Notes under the pieces: model-generated | What the model was told of the DNA's origin: nothing | What the model saw: only the letters and a program-made list of their open reading frames with translations | Database searches by the model: none | Made by a program: the position numbers and the translations under genes | Part shown: positions 57,823 through 64,000 of the stretch, piece after piece | How positions within the stretch are numbered: position 1 is the first letter of the stretch | Layout of the letters: the number at the start of each line of letters is the position of its first letter | DNA from: Puniceicoccales bacterium | GTDB taxonomy: Bacteria; Verrucomicrobiota; Verrucomicrobiia; Opitutales; UBA9783 | DNA: 64,000 bases | NCBI GenBank assembly: GCA_031258545.1 | Contig: JAIRMU010000001.1 | Location: forward strand, 1,717 to 65,716 | Direction of reading: 5' to 3'

Positions 57823-58179
57823 ATGTTAGCACACGCACAACCCGTTTCATCGCTTCCCGAATTAACGCATTTCTCAACCACATCGATATCGATGATATTG
57901 CAAATAGGCATGTTCATGGTCTTTGTGATTGTTGGAACTTACGCTTTCGCCAAGTTTAAACAAGCCAACTTCTCACTCAAGGTAAAAAATAAATCTTCCC
58001 AATTATCTGTACTGGAGACATGCGCTTTGGGCAATCGGCAATACTTGCTGGTCGTTGCCTACAACCAGCAAAAATTTCTCCTGAATGTTCACCCCAATGG
58101 TACTCAATATCTCTGTACGTTGAACAATACATGCGATAAAAAACAGCATGTGCATGCATCGACGGACAAATGTTCCTGA
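57823..58179 (+). CDS. FliO-like single-pass membrane protein (orphan)
   Basis: The architecture and C-terminal motif match FliO: one TM helix (MILQIGMFMVFVIVGTYAFA), a basic stretch, then LSVLETCALGNRQYLLVVAYNQQKFLLNVHPNGTQYLCTL. For comparison, E. coli FliO reads ISASASLGARERVVVVDVEDARLVLGVTAGQINLLHKL. Confidence 0.5.
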   Translation: MLAHAQPVSSLPELTHFSTTSISMILQIGMFMVFVIVGTYAFAKFKQANFSLKVKNKSSQLSVLETCALGNRQYLLVVAYNQQKFLLNVHPNGTQYLCTLNNTCDKKQHVHASTDKCS

Positions 58180-58362
58180 GCCGTATGTCGGTGATAATCA
58201 TGCGTACATTGCATACTGATTCGGTCGCTTGTCTCCAATAATTATCTAACAACAGCATCCCAGCTTCGTTTAAATTCATACGTGATTGTTTTGCAACTCT
58301 TTAGCATTGACAATGCCCTTCAATTTCAATGTGGATGTTATTTCTAATTTAAAATTAAACCT

Positions 58363-59196
58363 ATGGAGCACAAAGCATTTTTTACACAGCAAGATAATTT
58401 CGTAGACATCATAAAGCAACATTTGCCCAACCTAGATGTTAACACCATAAAGCATATCAAAACGGGTTGGACAAATATTGTGATTGAAGCAAGGGATAAC
58501 AAGGATACTTATTTTTTTCGATTTCCTCGAAACCAGTTTTTTGCCCGCATGATGTTGAAGGATTTTGCCTTTTGCTCTTTTATGCGCGACAAAGTAACTT
58601 TTCAGTTTCCCGATCTCAAGGTTTTTAAAGATAAGGAGCGACCTTTCAGCATGCATAAAAAGATTAAGGGCTGGTCATTAACGGAACGATTTAAGCATTT
58701 GTCCAGGCAAGCGGCAACCAACTTAGCGTACGACGTTGCAAAATTTATACAAGAACTCAATGCCATCAATCCTCAGTCACTTCCCAAAGTGTGTAATGTG
58801 TACCTGTCCACATTTTTGGACGAGCTATCCAAGGTCGATGATAATGCGTACGATCTGCATCAACACGATGCGTTACGGTCCTATGAAAAGGAAGCTCACG
58901 TGGTTCATGGAGACCTTAATCCCGGTAACATACTGGTCGACGCAAATGATAAAATGGTAGGTATTATCGATTTTGCTTTCGCGGGTATATCCAACAATCA
59001 TGTCGACATCGCTCGTATCATAGGTCGTACCAATGATTCTTTTACGGAGGCTATCATCAAAGCTTACCAAGATACCACCGGCAAACCAGTTAATAAAAAG
59101 CACATCCAAAAACTTATTCAAACGTGGCACTATGTGGAGCAACAGTACATCCTGTACATAAAAAATCAACATCCGGACATCGTTCTTCCCTCTTGA
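58363..59196 (+). CDS. aminoglycoside/choline-kinase-type phosphotransferase (APH family)
   Basis: Catalytic loop HGDLNPGNILVD and metal-binding IIDFAFAG. About 277 aa. Confidence 0.7.
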   Translation: MEHKAFFTQQDNFVDIIKQHLPNLDVNTIKHIKTGWTNIVIEARDNKDTYFFRFPRNQFFARMMLKDFAFCSFMRDKVTFQFPDLKVFKDKERPFSMHKKIKGWSLTERFKHLSRQAATNLAYDVAKFIQELNAINPQSLPKVCNVYLSTFLDELSKVDDNAYDLHQHDALRSYEKEAHVVHGDLNPGNILVDANDKMVGIIDFAFAGISNNHVDIARIIGRTNDSFTEAIIKAYQDTTGKPVNKKHIQKLIQTWHYVEQQYILYIKNQHPDIVLPS

Positions 59197-59249
59197 GCAT
59201 TCGGTAGCGAATATCTTTTCTCCAAGACGCTAAATAAAATTAGAATTTA

Positions 59250-59279
59250 GAAAAATTTTCCGCGCGTGGAAAATTTTTC
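59250..59279. repeat. perfect 12-bp inverted repeat with 6-nt spacer (operator or terminator hairpin)
   Basis: gaaaaattttcc-gcgcgt-ggaaaatttttc, located between the APH-like gene and the lipase gene. Confidence 0.6.
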
Positions 59280-59314
59280 CTAAAGGTTTTGATCTGTGTG
59301 TCGTTTTATAAGGC

Positions 59315-60886
59315 ATGCAACTCAAACACATTAAACTCGGCTTATTGGGATTGATTGCTTCGCAAGCGGTTGTATTTGCCGCAGATTCCAATGGCTCTCT
59401 GGTACAAATGATTGGTAGAGACAAACAAGTACATCCATTATTTACACCAGAATTCGTACAAGAATTGCACTTTTTTATCAAGCGCAGTTATCGAATTACT
59501 CATCGAGGGGAACATGCCTACGATTACACAACCCCTCACAAACTTAATTCCAGTAGACTAAACAAGTTTACTCACCTTTCAGGTTCAACTTCTGATTGGT
59601 TTTGCCATCGTCCATTTGTGGGTACACACGGCACAAATCGCTTAAGAGGGCTTGTAGGGCTTTTCCCAAATGCTCATCATGTTGAAGTAGACTATCCAGG
59701 ATTTATTGCCGTTAGACAAGCTACCGACACAACGCCGCCCGTAATAGTGATCGTTTTCCGTGGATCTCAATCGAGACATTTTCAAACTCTCGGTGGGATA
59801 TTGGGCCCCAGTTGGTTAACCAATTTCTCCGCGAGCAAGATGGATTTCCCAATACTTCTAGGTCTCAGAGCAAGCTTTCACCAAGGATTTTTAGAAAAGT
59901 ATTTGGCTGCCAGGCAAAGTATTTTTGGAGATCTCAACGAGTGTATTCGTCTAATTCCTCATGATCAAAGACAGGATATCCGTTTTGTCATCACAGGGCA
60001 CAGTCAGGGAGCAGGTATTTGTTATCCCGCAGCTCTCGACATAGTTCACGCGTTTGGTCCGCAAATCTTTGGTGATTATTTCAGCAATCTAGAAACCCCT
60101 AGATTCTTTGTTTACGCTCTATCTGGACCAAATTCTGTTGGAACGGGTAGTACAAAGAGATTGTTCAATGACATTGTGGGTCGCGATAACGTAATACGAC
60201 ATTCCAGCATTCTCGATATTGTAACTTACCTTTGTCTTGGTAAACATTACGATCGCTGGCTTTATAACAAAATCTTGGGAGCAACTCTAGGTGTACAAGC
60301 TGGATATACACCTGTTGGGCACTTAGCCATTGATGATCTTGCAAATCTCTTGCGGAAAGGCTTTACCTTAAACGGTCAAGAAAACAACCTACGTGACCTT
60401 GCAACCATAGCAAGATTCTGCTTTAGCGGATACCATAAGGCTATGCTAACTTACCACCATGGAACGTTTTTAAGTTTCTGTTATAAGGGGCTTTCAACTT
60501 ACTGCTTCCTGCGAGGAGGCCACGCCATGAAAGGGATGCAGCATTTCATTGCAATCAATCACTATGGAAGTTACTCTGGGTCTCATGTCGATCCTACTGA
60601 AACCAATGCCAGAGAAACTGCAGCAGAAAATATCAATGATGCCGATAGACACTCCTACTCTTTTGACCCGCGTTTACCCGAATGTTGCTTGAACGTATGC
60701 CTGGAAAGAGGAGAAGCCCATAGGGCCTTGAGTTTAGGTATACGTCCTTATACTGATCCAAGCCAAGTATTTACATTCATGACTCCCGGATTTGAACCAG
60801 TTAATTTGGAGGACCCCATGGATATCGAAACCCTATTCCCGGATACAGCCGGTTACGAAAGTGATGATGAAGAAATTGAAGAATAA
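59315..60886 (+). CDS. secreted alpha/beta-hydrolase, class-3 lipase-like
   Basis: Signal peptide MQLKHIKLGLLGLIASQAVVFA, nucleophile elbow ITGHSQGAG, and acidic tail ESDDEEIEE. Confidence 0.65.
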   Translation: MQLKHIKLGLLGLIASQAVVFAADSNGSLVQMIGRDKQVHPLFTPEFVQELHFFIKRSYRITHRGEHAYDYTTPHKLNSSRLNKFTHLSGSTSDWFCHRPFVGTHGTNRLRGLVGLFPNAHHVEVDYPGFIAVRQATDTTPPVIVIVFRGSQSRHFQTLGGILGPSWLTNFSASKMDFPILLGLRASFHQGFLEKYLAARQSIFGDLNECIRLIPHDQRQDIRFVITGHSQGAGICYPAALDIVHAFGPQIFGDYFSNLETPRFFVYALSGPNSVGTGSTKRLFNDIVGRDNVIRHSSILDIVTYLCLGKHYDRWLYNKILGATLGVQAGYTPVGHLAIDDLANLLRKGFTLNGQENNLRDLATIARFCFSGYHKAMLTYHHGTFLSFCYKGLSTYCFLRGGHAMKGMQHFIAINHYGSYSGSHVDPTETNARETAAENINDADRHSYSFDPRLPECCLNVCLERGEAHRALSLGIRPYTDPSQVFTFMTPGFEPVNLEDPMDIETLFPDTAGYESDDEEIEE

Positions 60887-60901
60887 TTAAAAAGCACAAT
60901 G

Positions 60902-60929
60902 AGGCGAATTACACCCTTGTAATTCGCCT
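60902..60929 (+). terminator. intrinsic terminator after lipase gene
   Basis: Perfect 12-bp stem aggcgaattaca-ccct-tgtaattcgcct, followed by a T-rich tail (ttgcttcattta). Confidence 0.6.
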
Positions 60930-61051
60930 TGCTTCATTTATCAGAACTTTTACATATATCTTTAGTAGAATGTTCCATAACTTAGTTTTGTGCGGTCATA
61001 AAAACGCAGATAAACGTTGCCAACAATAAGCCGAAAACCTTTATTTAACAC

Positions 61052-62062
61052 ATGCAGACGTGGCAATTTGTACAAGACTACTTCCATTCAATATTACCCG
61101 GATGGCAAATGCAACAAAGTATAATTGCATGGGCATTCATTTTTCTCGTGGGCTTTTGTCTAATCGCTTACATGCTTAGGCGTCTGGAAAAAATTAAATT
61201 TTTTCACATCATTCCATCCAATGATCGTTTAGAACGCATATATTTTATAAAATCCAGATGTTTTTTGCTGTGGTTATTTTTTTCTTTACTGCAATGGAGT
61301 GAACACGTAGGCCTGGATTGTTTTTCAAAATTACTGCGTGGCGGCTCAAGTTTTTGTTTCTTTTTATTTTTAGGCGAGTGTGGAGGATTGGTCATGCTGC
61401 TGTTTTTAAAGCAGTTTTCTTTAAAAAATCTTTCAATTTGGGGAAATTTTTTCGCAACAGCTCAAAAATTACTGTGGACGTGCTGCATGGCAGTTGGACT
61501 TATTGTAGCGGCAAACAATTTGGGTTACGCCTTGGGCGGCCTTTTGACCACCTTGGGTGTAGGTGGAGCTGCCATTGCCCTCGCTTCGCGAGATACGTTT
61601 GCCAACCTTTGGGGAACCATTTCCATTTTATTCGATCAACCCTTTAAAGTGGGGGATTGGATTGTCATCGGCACTAAAGTTTCAGGACAGGTTCAAAGTA
61701 TTGGATTACGTTCCACACGCCTGTTAACGAAAGCCGATACCTGCCTTTCCATCCCTAATAATGTACTCGTTAACGAATGGATTGACAATTGGTCCGATTT
61801 CTCAAATTTACACGTTCAGCAGACTTTTCGACTCAACGTATCCATGTCGGTCGACCAATCCAATGACTTTTTACTTAAGGCACGTCAACTTTTGTCCGAA
61901 TACAAAAAAATTGAAAATGCGCACCTTTACATCACGGACAATGCGGATGGCACCCATAACGTCTCTCTCGCTTACATTTTAAAAAATACGAATATGCAAG
62001 ACATTCAGAACGTGCAGGAACGCATTCAATCTGTTTTAAAATCCTTGTGTTCACATGCATAA
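61052..62062 (+). CDS. small-conductance mechanosensitive channel (MscS family)
   Basis: TM helices followed by the MscS beta-domain motif NLWGTISILFDQPFKVGDWIVIG..GQVQSIGLRSTRL. Confidence 0.8.
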   Translation: MQTWQFVQDYFHSILPGWQMQQSIIAWAFIFLVGFCLIAYMLRRLEKIKFFHIIPSNDRLERIYFIKSRCFLLWLFFSLLQWSEHVGLDCFSKLLRGGSSFCFFLFLGECGGLVMLLFLKQFSLKNLSIWGNFFATAQKLLWTCCMAVGLIVAANNLGYALGGLLTTLGVGGAAIALASRDTFANLWGTISILFDQPFKVGDWIVIGTKVSGQVQSIGLRSTRLLTKADTCLSIPNNVLVNEWIDNWSDFSNLHVQQTFRLNVSMSVDQSNDFLLKARQLLSEYKKIENAHLYITDNADGTHNVSLAYILKNTNMQDIQNVQERIQSVLKSLCSHA

Positions 62063-62152
62063 ATGAATGTACAATATTTCATAAAATACCTTTATTTTTT
62101 GGATATATCTTTGTTTTTTGACGTGTACAAACTTTGAAAAGATTGAAGTATT

Positions 62153-62977
62153 CTATGCGACAATAACGCCCTCAATATTCGCCGGTAGAGGCCATTTGCC
62201 GGTTTTAAAAAATGCTTCCCATTTGTCTCTGACTATTTTTTCTGACCAAGTATCCGCACGAGGTAAATTTTCAAACCCAGTGTAATGAATGCCCACAAAG
62301 TCTATGCCTAACTCTTTGCACAGCTGGCCCACCGACGATACATTGTCTTCCAGATCGTCCACAAAAAAGATTCTTTCGGGTACATAATTTAAACGTTTAA
62401 GCAGGGCACCTAGGCATCGACCTTTACTAAAATTATGCGTCAGCAGGACACCATTTTTGTAAGCGGGCGCATACATCCATTTTTCTTTAGATACTTCCAA
62501 TCCATCTTCTCGTAAAATCTCTTCCAGGTGGACTTCCGCATAATTTCCGAAAGCCGAACTAAAATCAATGCCTAACTTTTTTAATTGATCTATGCGCCAT
62601 TGGACAAAATCCTCACCTTCCAGACTACGTACAATTAAAAAGGTTAAAGCCATGTTACAAATGTTGCGAGCCTGCAAATCGTGAATCGTCTCGGGTACGT
62701 TGGGATCCATCCAAGTAAACGGTAAAGAACGCCACACGTGATACCAGCGATTTTGCGCCCATTGTCTATCCTCGACACCATTTTTCTTTGCGGATTCCAC
62801 GCATGTCACGCAAAAATCCTGCACATCGAGCACGAGATACTGCGGATAAAAAACAACATCGTTGGGATATATTAAAGTTCCGTCCACGTCCCAAACAAAT
62901 AAAGTTTGTGCATCGAAATTTTCACTTAATTTTCGAATCGTAGACCAATAAGCTGTCCGAATCATCGTATACTTCAT
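62153..62977 (-). CDS. HAD-superfamily-like hydrolase, unknown specificity
   Basis: HAD motif I VWDVDGTL near the N-terminus and an acidic motif IV-like FFVDDLEDN. Immediately follows lpxI with no gap. Confidence 0.45.
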   Translation of the reverse strand: MKYTMIRTAYWSTIRKLSENFDAQTLFVWDVDGTLIYPNDVVFYPQYLVLDVQDFCVTCVESAKKNGVEDRQWAQNRWYHVWRSLPFTWMDPNVPETIHDLQARNICNMALTFLIVRSLEGEDFVQWRIDQLKKLGIDFSSAFGNYAEVHLEEILREDGLEVSKEKWMYAPAYKNGVLLTHNFSKGRCLGALLKRLNYVPERIFFVDDLEDNVSSVGQLCKELGIDFVGIHYTGFENLPRADTWSEKIVRDKWEAFFKTGKWPLPANIEGVIVA

Positions 62978-63820
62978 TTAAAATCCTATTAATTTTATGC
63001 CTAAAGATTTTGCCTGTTCCAAAACTTGCATTTGATTTAAAATAAGTGTTTTCTCACCCTCTAAAGCTGCCCAAACGATGCCTGCCTGCTTCATTTTTTC
63101 CAAAGTTCTTAATCCAAATACGGGTACATCAAAGCGAAAATCTTGTTTATTTTTTGCCAATTTAATAAATCCCATAGGTTTTTGGCAAAGCGTACCCGCA
63201 CGTTCCAACATGGCGTCCGTCCCTTCAAAGGCTTCCACCGCAACAACGGTTCCTTGGCATATAACCAGCCCCTGACCGACATCTATGGAAGATAAAGTTT
63301 TTGCCACAAAGATGCCCTGTCGTAAATCGTGTTCAGAAATTTCAACTGCCCCATCCCCCAATACGATCCCTTTGTCCATTAGTTGGTCATCGAGAAAACT
63401 TCTTGCATCCAATACGGTAATACCTAATTTTTCAATTTCACACACAATGCTACCAAAAATAGTGGATGCATTTTTTTCTTTCAGTCTGGCCAACAACCAA
63501 ACGGCCATCAAATCCAATTTCAATCCATGAAACAGTTTACTTGGATTAATCTGTCCCGCCAAAAAAACGTAACGCGCCCCCACCTGTTTAAGTGTTTTTA
63601 ACAATTTACCGATTTGGCCTACGTTGAGCGATATCTTTTGGGGTTCCGGAATCTCATTTACCCAGCTCTCGGCATCTCCTTCGAACGCAACGATGTAGGC
63701 GTTTAAATGATGATTAAGGAAACGGTGCCAAACAAGTTTTGGATAATCTCCTTTTCCAACCAGCAAGACCACCTTATCGGTGGGGTCAAAATCTTCGGGT
63801 AAAAATTTTGATAAACGCAT
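62978..63820 (-). CDS. lpxI: UDP-2,3-diacylglucosamine pyrophosphatase LpxI (DUF1009)
   Basis: DVGQGLVICQGTVVAVEAFEGTDAMLERAG closely matches the Caulobacter LpxI core DIGQGAVVCEGLVLAVEAQEGTDAMLRR. Confidence 0.8.
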   Translation of the reverse strand: MRLSKFLPEDFDPTDKVVLLVGKGDYPKLVWHRFLNHHLNAYIVAFEGDAESWVNEIPEPQKISLNVGQIGKLLKTLKQVGARYVFLAGQINPSKLFHGLKLDLMAVWLLARLKEKNASTIFGSIVCEIEKLGITVLDARSFLDDQLMDKGIVLGDGAVEISEHDLRQGIFVAKTLSSIDVGQGLVICQGTVVAVEAFEGTDAMLERAGTLCQKPMGFIKLAKNKQDFRFDVPVFGLRTLEKMKQAGIVWAALEGEKTLILNQMQVLEQAKSLGIKLIGF

Positions 63821-64000
63821 TTAACGCACAACTAGGTTGATTAATTTACGAGGCACATAAATTTCTCTGACGCAAGTTCCTCGCTTTAAATAGGGAAGAA
63901 CTTTCGGTGCCGCTTTTGCCATTTGGATTACTTGATCTTGGGTATTGTCCATATGAACCAAAATTTCATCACGCACTTTACCATTGACCTGCACAACCAT
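63821..64000 (-). CDS. leuS: leucyl-tRNA synthetase, C-terminal fragment (5' end outside window)
   Basis: The minus strand reads VVQVNGKVRDEILVHMDNTQDQ...REIYVPRKLINLVVR*, which matches the LeuS C-terminus (VVQVNGKVR...IYVPGKLLNLVV). Confidence 0.85.
   Translation of the reverse strand: MVVQVNGKVRDEILVHMDNTQDQVIQMAKAAPKVLPYLKRGTCVREIYVPRKLINLVVR

Overview
Chromosomal, mostly housekeeping segment of a diderm (LPS-producing) bacterium with moderately low GC by eye. I found no rRNA, tRNA or CRISPR. Recognisable core genes include folA', mrdA, a xerC/D-type recombinase, acpS, prfB, rpmF-plsX-fabH, a BamD-like gene, ogt, a tripartite RND efflux operon, mnmA, clpB, ndk, fabG-acpP-fabF, trmL-smpB-rpoZ-hup, rpmJ-rpmE, an NtrC-type sigma-54 activator, an ArnC/ArnT-like pair, dprA, a TamB/AsmA-like giant protein, kdsA, mutY, lepA, fabD, rpsO-pnp, lptC/A/B, rnc, mscS, lpxI and leuS'. 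Several proteins point to a host-associated, PVC/Chlamydiae-like lineage, but this is inference only. They include a LepA with KxHPVTM, a Cys-rich envelope protein, a eukaryote-like Ser/Thr kinase, a class-3 lipase and type-B L31. I see no obvious defence island. The points most worth a second look are as follows. (1) prfB has a +1 frameshift site that uses UAA rather than the canonical UGA. (2) Two well-placed sigma-54 (-24/-12) promoter candidates precede a soluble Hanks-type kinase and a small accessory cluster (HEXXH mini-protein, orphan FliO-like protein, APH-like kinase, lipase), and a sigma-54 activator is encoded in the same window. (3) ndk, an orphan receiver protein and an LMW-PTP form a tightly coupled operon next to a naturally N-domain-less ClpB. 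(4) A PFK-fold protein has every catalytic motif substituted. (5) A secreted protein is extremely Cys-rich. (6) A decayed IS200/IS605 tnpA lies after fabF. (7) A relic duplication of the acpS 3' end lies downstream of acpS. All functional calls rest on motif recognition by eye, and no database search was run.
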